A stretch of DNA of 64,000 nucleotides, from positions 1 through 64,000 of the forward strand of contig DF237301.1 in the NCBI GenBank assembly GCA_000708835.1, read 5' to 3'. Positions 53,801 to 64,000 of the stretch are shown here, in pieces (position 1 is the first letter of the stretch; every line of letters starts with the position of its first letter). The DNA comes from Klebsormidium nitens (Eukaryota > Plantae > Klebsormidiophyceae). Made by a program: the position numbers and the translations under genes. The notes below the pieces were generated by a model. The model made no database searches. It was not told the DNA's origin and saw only the letters and a program-made list of their open reading frames with translations.

Positions 53801-56103
53801 CCTTGCGATGGCTTGAGGGAAGGCGAGCGCTTCATTGCCTGCCTAGAACCTGTTTGTAGTCTCGTCAGTGGGCTTGTTCATCTCGGAGGGTTTGAGTAGG
53901 ATCTGCTGATTTTATCAGGTCAATGACGTGCTCGGTTCAGGACTCTTGAGCTTGCATATCTCTTGCGTACTTACGAGGGTCGTTTGCGAAGTAGACGAGT
54001 TTCATTGTGTGCTTCGTGGCCTGCTTCGAGCATCTTTGAGAGCTTTTTGGAGGGGCAATGGCGCATTCACATAAGGTGCTGAATTGTCAGCCCGAAAATC
54101 TGGTGCTTGCCCACAACAAGTCAGCCAAAGCTCCTTATACTGGCTCTCCTCGACCTTCTCCGACGAAAGTGAGACATGTTTTGAATGTGATTTGACATGT
54201 CCTTTGAAATGCAGGCTCTCCTCCTATCGGCCTGCAAGCGCCTCCCCGACGCTGCGTTGACGCCCCTCCACTTCGGCCTTCGCCTACCGCTTCTTGAGGA
54301 GCTCGACGTCTCCTATTGCAACCTGAGCGCCGGAGCAGTGGGCGAGCTTTTGGCTCGGGCGCCCCACATTGCCCGGTTCAGCTTCAACGGCTGTTCCAAG
54401 CTGGACGACTCCATCTGGGACCGGCTGGCCGAGCCGCCGGAGGGATCCCCCAAGCAGAGAGACGAGCGCCCAGGGAATTGCTTCGAGCAAAGAGACCAGC
54501 GCTCTGGGGAATCCCCCGAGCAAGGAGACGAGCGCCCAGGAGGACCCCCCGAGCAGAGAGACGAGCACCCGGGGGTTGCTACCGGGCAGCAGCAGGGTGG
54601 GTTGGAGCACCCGAGGGACGGGAGCAAAAAAATCGCGAGCGAACCCCTGACGTGCCCCCCGGCACCGAGGGTCCTGGGGGATCCCTCGGAGGAAAGCCCC
54701 GGGCGCTCTGAGGGATTATTCGTCGGGGTGATGGGCAGCCCGGGCAAAGTGGCCAAGCGCCTGAGGGAGGTGAACCTGGGCGACGGGAACGGAGGTAGGG
54801 GCGAGGTTAGGCAGCGCAAGCTGACCACGCAGGAGATGACGTCATTCGAGAACACGTTGGTCAGGCACCCGTTCACACTGGACGAAGGGGCGGGGAAGCG
54901 CCCGGTAGAAAGGATGACGGCGCTCGAGAGCCCCGGGGGGGAGAAAGCGGAGGGAGCAGAAAAACCTAGCGTTGCTGCGACGGACCTTTCGGCAGTGGCG
55001 CAGGATTCCACTGTTTCACACTCGCGCTTCCTTGGACCTTCCGCAGAGATCCCCGAGATCCCCGTTGCAGAAGCTCAGGTTGAAGAACTTCAAAGCAGAG
55101 AGTCCCAAAGCGACGAACTTCAAAGTGATGAGCCCCAGATTGGCGGAGACCCAATGGAGTTCGAGCACCCGCGTCGCATGCTGACGTCACTCAGCCTGGT
55201 GGGCTGCAACGGGCTGCGCTCGGTGCGGCTAGAGACGTGCCCCGAGCTGACGGATTTGAACGCGTCGCTCTGCGGAAACGTACGGCAGGCGCGGGTGACG
55301 TGTCCGAAGCTCGTGCAGCTGAACCTGAGCCAGTGCGGACGGCTGACGGCTGCGGCGGTCCAGTGTTCGACTCTGCGGACGCTGAATATACAGGTAAGGG
55401 AGTGGCTTATTGTAACACTCGGTGACGGTGTGCCGCTGAAAGAGAGGCAGTCGAGCAAAAGGACAGATCGCTGGAAAGAAACTTGGTACTTAAGGACCGT
55501 ACGGAGCGCTGTGATGGTGCCATGTCTCTTCGTGTGCGCACAGGAGCACATGCTGCCTTGCTTGATATTTCTGGTTGGGAATTGAAGATCTGGGGGCCAA
55601 TAAATTGTGCGCATCATTGCATCGTTGTTGCAACATTTATGAATCACAGGATAAATTTGGAAAGAAGGGGATGAGAAGCCTACTCCTTCGGCGGCTGAGC
55701 AGGAATTCTCGTAAAAGTATCCAATCTGGCATTCTTATCTGGGACAACAAGCAATTGTTGCGCCGGTTTTTGTGTCTCCAGCGAAGGCTAATATCCGATC
55801 GATTCAATTTGCGCACTGAAGAAAGTCTGCTAGAGTATCTCAACCTCAATGAGGTCCACTACAAGGCGCCGAAGACATTCCCTCGTCTCGGGTAAGTACG
55901 TAAGATTCTCACTGACTGTCCACACATATCTTTTGCAGGGTTGCCAGCTGGACGACTCCGAGGTTCTGGGCATGGCCCGCGGGTGCCCGGCGCTCGAGAC
56001 CTTGGACGTCCGTTCTTGTGTCCGAATGCGTTCGGACGACACGGTCAGGACCGTCCGAGAACTGTGCCCGGGCATCAGGCGGCTTCACTGCGACGCCCAC
56101 TGA
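41834..56103 (+). CDS. SLOMO: F-box/LRR-repeat protein 15 (SLOMO-like), ~1096 aa, 10 exons
   Basis: Exons 41834-42230, 42800-42902, 43395-43557, 43947-44261, 44705-44892, 45554-45824, 46739-47052, 53533-53728, 54215-55393 and 55939-56103 are all phase-consistent. The F-box DLTQDLLYKVFSHLD..LCSVAQVCRQW..HEDFW is followed by many L.CP.L..L.L.GC LRRs as in FBL15/SLOMO. The start codon is tentative. Confidence 0.85.
42880..43125 (+). repeat. Echoes of the SLOMO exon-2 3' end/donor
   Basis: CAGAAGGCCCTCGGCCGCCTGAG|GTGCGTGCCTCACTCCCGC recurs in decayed form at ~42974 and ~43080 (GAAGGCCCTCGGCC..CTGCTCCCGC). Confidence 0.6.
43760..43995 (+). repeat. Echo of the SLOMO exon-4 acceptor/start
   Basis: CCGCAG|AGGCTATTTCTGGACCACACCCACAAACCATGGGCTCCGCCTTGC (echo exon start 43797) compared with the real TTGCAG|ACGCTAGTCTTGGACCACACCCACAACCACGGCCTCCGCCTCGC (43947). 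Confidence 0.85.
47400..53050 (-). pseudogene. Heavily decayed antisense gene relic in the 6.5-kb SLOMO intron, probably a Mutator/MULE-like transposase; boundaries approximate
   Basis: The intron is far longer than the gene's other introns (0.39-0.91 kb). The minus strand shows coding-like fragments broken by stops and frameshifts, plus splice-like signals. Motif remnants occur in MULE order: LDGT (50050-50061), ..WADNA.., PNSEDFHNSLK (49363-49395) and a possible SWIM remnant (~48205-48236). Confidence 0.35.
54443..54574 (+). repeat. Coding tandem repeat, 4 x 33 bp (11 aa), in SLOMO exon 9
   Basis: GSPKQRDERPG / NCFEQRDQRSG / ESPEQGDERPG / GPPEQRDEHPG. Confidence 0.85.
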
Positions 56104-57707
56104 CCGGGGCGTTCTGCCCTTAGGAGGACTGGGGCAGAAGAGTAACAGGCCGGAAAATGGGGGTGCGATGGCTGTGCTCATTGAGCGCAGACTTACCAGG
56201 GAGAATACTGGTCTGGACCGGTGGTGTCTGACATTGTCGGAATTGATTGTTTGGGGGGGTGGGCAAGGGGAATGAATAGAGCTCTCAGCAGCTTTAAGAA
56301 AGATTCTGAAACATCAAACATTTGAAAAGTAAAGCTCGGTACTAAGAGATGTTGTATGTGGGCGACGATTGAAGATTGTTAGAAATAAGTAAGGTGACTC
56401 CCTATGGAGGTTTAGAGGTGGTGGGTTTCGACGCAACAAAGGACAGAGTCCGGTGCTAGGCAACCAAAGGCCCGAGAAGCGCGTAGTATTCGCAAAAAGC
56501 GGCCATAGTAAGAGGGTTTGCGAAGTTGTTGCACCAGCCTTTGCTTGAGGGCATTGGCTCATATGGACGTTGTCGAAGGAAAGCATCTGCATGTGACAGC
56601 CATCAGTGCCGGCAAAGACTTCTTGCTCGGCCAGATGTAGCGCAAGTACGTAATGCCATGTAGACCGTGCATCTTGGGGTTGATTGGGATTTGGGAACTG
56701 GTCTTAGGAATTGGCGCCCTTGATAACTATAACGTGACAAGAAGTTGCTGAAATCGAATTGAAGTCGGTGTGGATTGGATATTCTTTTCGTTTAGTCCCC
56801 ATTCATCGGTGTGATGAAAGCCGATCTCGATGGCCGTCCGAGACTCATCACGTGCATGGCCCGTACCCACAATGATTGGATCAGAAGGAGACGTTTTTAA
56901 GCTCGTGGGTGCATTATAAGAAGCTTTCATGCGGCATTCCGCTTTCTTGAACTTGTCCCCGCGAGCAATCATGTACGTAAGCCAAGGTCGATAGAAAAAG
57001 ATTCGTTTTGCAGCTAACTGGAGCCCCCTCGAATTTGAGGTATGTCAGTGCCCCACTTCCTCTCAGCACCAGAGCTTTATATTGAGCCAGCGCCCTTGTC
57101 CAGTCAAAGACAAAGACCGGAAACATCCTGCCAGATATATCTTCTGGATTGCCGTGCAAGATCCGAATTGTGGAGCCTGAGCTGGTCCTTGACTCATGCA
57201 GCTTCGGCCGAACGCGTGAAGTTGAGTAGACCAGTTTGATGAACCAAATCGTTATCCGATGGCATGATCGAACAGACTCACCAATTGTATCGTGGCGCCT
57301 TGGTATCATAGAGAGAACTCATCGCTAGCTCGGGATCGATCGATCGAGTGCCTGATCGACGAGCCTGTTGCAAAGTGAGCACCATGAAATGGGCCTTGCT
57401 TCTCTAAATTGCGTGTGTACAAATATATTGCTGATTCTCTATGTACTCGTAAGACCAACCACTCATTGCCAGGCAGGTGCGAGTTTAAGTTTGCTATCTT
57501 GATCCATTGGTGCAAGTTTGAGAGTTGATATCTTGATGTCTGTCCTTCCACGAAACTTTCGAACTTGCACCGAGAGGTGCTAGACATCGATGGGCTGTTT
57601 TCCACACGCGTCGATCCCAAGAGGAGCGAGCTTCTTATCTAGGCTGGAAGACGAGGCAGGTCGGAAGAAGAGGAGACTCAATTCGAAGCTAGCCCGTATA
57701 ATATTAA

Positions 57708-58422
57708 GGTCGAACTTCCCTTATTCGCAGAATCAAAACCCTATTACCCGTGGAACGGAAATGTGAAGACGTCTTCACGCATATCTCATGCTTCGCTCCA
57801 TCTTTTTGAGATCCGTCTTTTGCACATGAAAGGATACATCAAAAGGTACCTCGTAAGGCTTAGTCGGCAAAAACCAATAGCTCTAAGTACCTGCCATGAC
57901 GTGGCCAAAACATGCGTTTCTGGGCGTTTTCGAGCAGGCACCGAGAACGCGNNNNNNNNNNNNNNNNNNNNNNNNNNNNNNNNNNNNNNNNNNNNNNNNN
58001 NNNNNNNNNNNNNNNNNNNNNNNNNNNNNNNNNNNNNNNNNNNNNNNNNNNNNNNNNNNNNNNNNNNNNNNNNNNNNNNNNNNNNNNNNNNNNNNNNNNN
58101 NNNNNNNNNNNNNNNNNNNNNNNNNNNNNNNNNNNNNNNNNNNNNNNNNNNNNNNNNNNNNNNNNNNNGGCGTTCTCGGTGCCTGCTCGAAAACGCCCAG
58201 AAACGCATGTTTTGGCCACGTCATGGCAGGTACTTAGAGCTATTGGTTTTTGCCGACTAAGCCTTACGAGGTACCTTTTGATGTATCCTTTCATGTGCAA
58301 AAGACGGATCTCAAAAAGATGGAGCGAAGCATGAGATATGCATGAAGACGTCTTCACATTTCTAACATTTCCGTTCCACGGGTAATAGGGTTTTGATTTT
58401 GGCGAATAAGGGAAGTTCGACC
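57708..58422. mobile_element. DNA transposon with ~245-bp terminal inverted repeats and TTAA flanks (Kolobok-like termini); interior unsequenced
   Basis: TTAA|GGTCGAACTTCCC...GGGAAGTTCGACC|TTAA, with TTAA at 57704-57707 and 58423-58426. The arms 57708-57951 and 58169-58422 are near-perfect inverted copies with a few differences, including a ~9-nt indel. The interior is an N gap. Confidence 0.75.
57952..58168. other. Assembly gap (217 N)
   Basis: Run of N between the two inverted arms. Confidence 1.
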
Positions 58423-58520
58423 TTAATACGGTGTTCTCGCGCTCAACTCGCGCTCAACACCCTACCGTGGCGGAGCTCCGGTGCAGCAGATTAAAAGCAG
58501 AACCGTCTATTGCCAGCATG

Positions 58521-58632
58521 ACACGTGGCTATATGCGTGCAAACGTGGACGACCCTACCCTCAATCGTAGCCGTCTCTTGATCGATGGAATGAAGTCTTC
58601 GCCGTCGGATTAGTTGCCAAGTGGAACGTGGC
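58521..58632 (+). promoter_or_regulatory. Cluster of ABRE/G-box-like ACGTGG motifs upstream of the LEA-like gene
   Basis: ACACGTGGC at 58521-58529, ACGTGG at 58543-58548 and ACGTGGC at 58626-58632, ~530-640 bp upstream of the ATG at 59165. Confidence 0.45.
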
Positions 58633-59164
58633 AGGTTACCAGCAATCATTAGAGCCACTTGGCAGCTGAGCTGTCGTCCAAACCGACTGCACAGCTCGAG
58701 GACTGCTCCCGTGAATCTAGCTGCCACGGGTGCATATGTCACCTCACAGGTAATTCCGTCCGTTCTGTTACGCGCAGCTATGATGAGGGGAGTGCGCAGC
58801 AGGGAATCAGCAGTATGCCTTCGGCCAGGTGGCAGGGAGTGGCGACGAGGAAGGAGACGGAGCCTCATGAGGAGATGGACTCTGATGGAGTCTTTCTTCC
58901 TCGATCAGAAGTGCACGAAACGGAAAGCCACTTGAGAAAGCTCTTCCTTGCATTCTCTTTCATCGAGCAAATTGACCATTTCATAAGCTTTTCGCTTCCA
59001 GGGATTGGTAGTCTTACGTATTGTCGCATTCCAAAACGCCTGAATTTCACACCGTTCAGAACTGGTGCAGGACTCTCTGCCCAGCTCGTTACAGCAACTT
59101 TCGAAATTCAAAGAGGATCCATCTGAATTGATAAGTGCGGTACATTGAGTAGCCAATCAACGCC

Positions 59165-62100
59165 ATGTCGCTCCTCAACCGCCTGATGGGGCGCGGCCCC
59201 CAGCCGGCGGATCACACAGAATCTGCTCATGACTACCCAAGCGGCCAAGCACATGTGAGCCAACCACGGAACGAGTCCCAGTTCATGCAGAGTGGCCGGA
59301 CAGGGTACCTTGGAGAGGAGCACATGCGCACCTACGAGCTTCCAGCTGGGATTGAGCAACAGGGCCTGGCGCAGACTGAGGGTGTGAATAGCCCCTTCGA
59401 TGTCCAGCAGCATGGTGTGCACAGCCAGCATGTTGGAAGCAAGCCCGTGCAGGTGTTTGATGCTGATGAAACTAGAGGTGAAAGGATTCAGGAGCCGCTG
59501 CGGGAGCGGACAACTAGAGAGGAGGGTCTCAGGGAGGGGGTTACCAGCCACCACAATACTGGCATTGGTGCAGACAATGGGGCAGCAATTGCCATGGTAA
59601 GAGGATTCTAGTGCAATGCAAGCCATTCACTCTGGTCCTATGAATGAGTTGCATGAAGTTTAGTCTACCCTTGCCGTCACCTGAATGCTGCAAATGATTT
59701 TTCCAATTCTGATATATTTTTACCTCGAGCGGTCTTCCTTTCTGTGAGCTTTTACATCTTGGGGGTGGGTCACTTCAGAGATTGATGGTCAATGTCCTCG
59801 CTCCTGTTTGCGTACTTGTAGTTCTCCAGACACGATGAATCTGGAGGGAGAGTTCTTCTTGCATGGTTTGGGCCAAACCCGTTCGATCTTCAAATGAAGA
59901 AATGAAGAACTTTGCATGCAGTTTGGAAGTCAAACTTGTGCAACAAACATCAGCAGGTGGTGCTTATCAACATAGTTCCGAGATATGTTTGTCACATTTT
60001 CACGGAAGGCCTGATTTTTGCAATTCCAAGCTAAACTTGCAATGCTAGAGAAATTTTGACTTATAAGATTGCGTAAAATGCATTTAACGTTTCACCAGAG
60101 TCTATGTATGCAATTTAGCAGCCATGCCCACTGCTAAGCCCCTATCTGACGCCATTTCCTTTTATTACGGAACCAGTTTCAGCAGTCTGCTCAGACAGGG
60201 GCCTCACATGCCCTCTAGTCCCATGAATCCCTGTGGTGCATTGCATCACAACACCTTGTCAACAATCCACATTGAGCACATTGTCAGTGCTGGACTAGGC
60301 CAAAGCATCCCCTCGAAAAGAAGGCTGGCAACATCATTCAAACAGGTTCAACCAAAATTGTGCCATATAGGCATACCAATGTAAGATTCATAAGATTATC
60401 AAAGACTAATTTTGAAGACACAATGAATACATCCATGTATTAAGGGAGCACTCTCCCCCACATGCAGGAGCAGCCAAGGTCTCCCCGGTCCCCACGAAAG
60501 GAGGGCATGGGCACAAAGATGAAGAAGATGTTTAAGCCCCACAAGTACGAGCAGGAGCGAGAGGAGCGGTCCTCGGGAGAATATGTTGACGCGCAGGTGC
60601 GGTGTTTGCTAAGAAGTTTCTGCTCTTTGGAAAGTCTCTCGCATCTGTCCCCAAGCTGTTACCTCCATGCTTGAACTGCATGTTACCAAAGCATATCATT
60701 ACCTTGCCTGTAAGATGCATGCAGGGTAGCTTCATAAGGTTCAGTATTTAAGGGAGTGTGAGAGTCAGCAATGTGCATCTTTGATAAAGTCAAAATATGT
60801 CAGAAGACTTTTTTATGAAGCTTCCTCCAAGCTGCATGCATGTGTGATATCCACTTCCACTGCGTATATGTCTGTCTTCCAAAGGGTCTCAGAGGTTCAT
60901 GAGACTAGATTGCAAGTCTCATGCTGAAGTCGTGCAGGTCTGAGCATCTACAGTTGGGATATACAACTGTTTGCAAAGAAGCACAGTACTCCTAGTCAAG
61001 TTTGAAACAGATACACTTAGTCCCAGCTGCAAGTACACGTCCTCAGCCCCCTCCGGACTTACGCTTTGGTTACAGGATATGGGGACAAGCGTTGCAAGGC
61101 ACCCCCAGACAACTGATGACACCACTGCCGGCCGCATCTCTTCCTCCATGCCTGCGCACTCCACCTCTGCCGGGGGGCTGTCCCCCAGGGGCAACTGGAA
61201 CCCCACAGAAGGCTTCAACTTCCGCAAGTCCAGCACGCCACCCCATGTGAGCGGCCGTCGCGAAGAGAAAGCCGCCATTGCTGTTGCGAAGCACGATGGG
61301 GGGCACGGCACAACCAGGAGTAACACCCCCCTGGAGACCTCTGGCTATGAGGGGGGCGACTACGACAACTATGGGGACAATTCCCCTGTTATGCATGATG
61401 TGCCCCATTCCAGGCCGGGGCGGTATGCTTCGGGCGAGCAAGGTGGTGCTTGGGGTGACCACAGGGCGTCGGAGGTCGGGTCCTTCAGGGGGTCGGGCAT
61501 GCACAGCCCTTCCAAAGGTATGTTTGTTAGCATAGTAGGATTGACCACTGTCTCTATCAAAGCACAGGAGACGGTGCATGAACCGAACCTGAAGAAGCAA
61601 GAAGGTTTCTGCGTATTGAGTTTTTCGAGGGGCATCTTCTCATTCCTGATGGGGACTTTGTCATCATGACATGCGCCCTTGAAAAATCCTGTACCCTACA
61701 CCCTCAAGGATAGATTCCTTTTGTCTTAACAAGGTTCATAATTGTGACTCTGTATTCTCCATTTTGTGTCCATCAACTTTCGGCAGCTGGGAAACCAGAT
61801 TTCAGGCTAATTGCAAATTTAAAACTCAGGTTCCTGCCACTGCCAGGCAAGCTGGTTCAATAGGGATTCCAATCTCCATTTTCCTTCCTGTAGAACGCCC
61901 CCCACGTGACTCCCAGAGGCCCACGTGGGTGGCCCCCGGAGCTGAACACGATCCCGCAGTTGCTGCTGCTGCCGCTGCCGGGGGTGCTGCTGCTGCCAAG
62001 GCCGTCACCAGAAATGAAAGGGGGGGCCACTTTTCGGGCAATAGGGAGGGGGGTGTTTCAGTGGAGAGGGCCAGCTTGCAGGGTGAGGCGGATGTGTACG

Positions 62101-63830
62101 ACCCTTGGGAGGATCCCAGGTTTCGGGAATCGTGGAAGCACATCCACGCCCCCGGTTAGTGGCGTCCCTTGAGAAAGTGGCTAGTGTGGCGTCGATCCGT
62201 GGGCTGTTTGAGGCGATTTTGTTCGAGAAAGAATCGGCTGTGTGCAATCTGTGGGCTGGAATCCTTTTAGTTATCGGGTGGTGGTATGTATCTTATGTCG
62301 TTTCGAATCGGTTATTCACAATCTGCGTGAATCACCGATAATAATCTGCCTTCGTTCTGGATTTAATTGCATACAGCCAGTCGGACATGGGTGTCGGAAT
62401 AAATGGAAGTCAACGGTGGTCAAGATGAGAATCAGTTTGTCGACTGAGAAGCAATCAGGCCACCTTCCGCCGTTTTTGTCGGGCGCTTCCATATCCTGCA
62501 AACTTATGCATACGACCAAAAGCCCCCTTAAATTTAGCAGAATTTCATTTTCTCTTTCTTGGGTATCGTCAGTATGTTTCCAACCTACTAACGGTTCTCG
62601 CGTCTACATGTCGACAGGATCGTTGTGTTTTTGGTCGAAGCGTTCCAGTGGTTGCAAATTGACCGATCTAGCAACCGTTCTAAACCGATTCAGGCTTCTG
62701 ATCACCGACACGAAAGGTTTTTTCAATACTTTTTGAACCGCTTCCTGTCTGTTAGTCCCGTCAAATCCCCAGGACACTCCCAGATCAGTATCAGACGTTT
62801 TACCGCTGGATCTGGACAGCACTTTGCGTGTGAGAAACGGCCGCGAAAGTTTCTATTTCTCCCATTTGTGGTGCGCTGACCTCGTGTTCCGATGTTTCCT
62901 TTGCAGGTAGGACTGGATCCCTCTCGTCTCAGGAGCGCGACAACTCCCGCTATGGGCGTTCCACCTCTGCCCGGGAGACGGTCACCGAGCAGAGGACTTC
63001 CCAGTCCAGAGCCCCGAACCGTGCGATGTCAGGGTCGGGTCTTACTAACCGGGCAGAGCCAACGGGGGATATCCGTGACTACTACCAGTCGCCAGCCGTG
63101 CACGTGCAACCGACGGAAAGGGCCAGCGAAGAAAGGAAGCTGGAAAGGGAGCCTTTTGGATCCGGTCAGGATATCGGTTACGATAACGAGGAGGAGGTAG
63201 GGCGGGATCGGGATGGCTTAACCCGGGGTCACGTTAACCAGAGGGTTGAGCACATGAAGCTGAACGATGTGGAAGGTCGTAATGACATGCCTCTGGGTTC
63301 TGCCACCCCGGGTAGGGAGTTTGGTCGGCACACCGGTGAGCAAGAGTTTGACTTCAACAACCAGGGTCTCTCCAACCAGGGTATCACCAATCAGGGTTAC
63401 GGCGACCCGGGTTATGTGAACCGCAGCCACGACTACGACTCGACAATCGCGAAGTCGAGCAGCGCGCGGGGTTATGATAACCAGGAGGTCGGAGCAGGCT
63501 ATTCTAACAGAGAGTTCGCGAACCAGAACTCAAACAACCTAAGCGGCAAGTCCGTGAACTCACAGAGTTACGGTAACCAGGACGTAACCGACCCCCAAAC
63601 TGGCGCCCAAAACTTCGGGGTCGGAGGCAGACTCGTGGCGGAGACGCCTTATCAGCTGGGAGAGAGAATCTCTGATAGGGACTCGAACGTCCGCGGTTAT
63701 GAACGGACGGGTGAAAGGTCGCCGGCAGTGGAGGAGAGCTTTGGAGTCGGGGGGGCGACCACAGCCCGCACACCCTACGGCCTTGGCGAGAAAATCTCGG
63801 ACAAGTCCTGGAACGAGGAGCGTGCCCCTG
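59165..63830 (+). CDS. Large hydrophilic, intrinsically disordered protein (LEA/dehydrin/CAP160-like); 3' end beyond the window
   Basis: Exons 59165-59596, 60468-60596, 61076-61517, 61894-62082 and 62907-63830 are phase-consistent and end at a GTAAG donor. The protein is G/S/E/R/H-rich with no hydrophobic domain. It has the K-segment-like EGMGTKMKKMFKPH, NQG repeats and a duplicated FGVGG..TPY.LGE.ISD module. The family assignment is inference. Confidence 0.7.
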
Positions 63831-64000
63831 GTAAGAATCTACGGCATTGAGAGGATTCTAAGCAGGCTTTTACGTTGTGCGTTTGGTCAGCCAAATTAAG
63901 GGAAGGCATGTCGGATTTGCCGTTGGTTGCGATGATTTTCTGCAAGGAGTACTTCGTTGCCAGGTTTGGGTTGGTGAAGCTGGCTCCTTGATATCGCGTG

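Noticed and set aside
56280-57700. Coding-like minus-strand ORFs (81-131 aa) between SLOMO and the transposon
   Set aside because: No recognisable motif or consistent exon chain, so it cannot be supported as a gene.
57763-58357. Six ORFs of 113-165 aa with mirror-image sequences
   Set aside because: Artefacts of reading through the N gap between inverted repeats.

Overview
This is intron-rich eukaryotic nuclear DNA with GC-rich exons and GT-AG introns. The gene content and style suggest a streptophyte green alga such as Klebsormidium, but that is an inference. I reconstructed 11 spliced protein-coding genes by hand with phase-checked exons: an RWD-RING E3 ligase (RNF25-like), a bestrophin-family channel, katanin p60, an FHA-domain protein, 60S acidic protein P2, Elongator ELP6, an FAD monooxygenase with an apparent 1-nt frameshift, a PAP2 lipid phosphate phosphatase, an STI1-domain protein, a SLOMO/FBL15-like F-box LRR protein and a 3'-truncated hydrophilic LEA-like protein. 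The first ten form five consecutive head-to-head pairs. Non-genic content includes a long-TIR DNA transposon with TTAA flanks around an assembly gap, a probable decayed Mutator-like relic filling a 6.5-kb intron, and three short fold-back elements that share a conserved loop but have unrelated stems. The most unusual signal is a set of 'splice-site echoes': decaying tandem copies of exon/intron junctions inside introns of three different genes, many still with intact splice sites. No rRNA, tRNA or CRISPR was seen.
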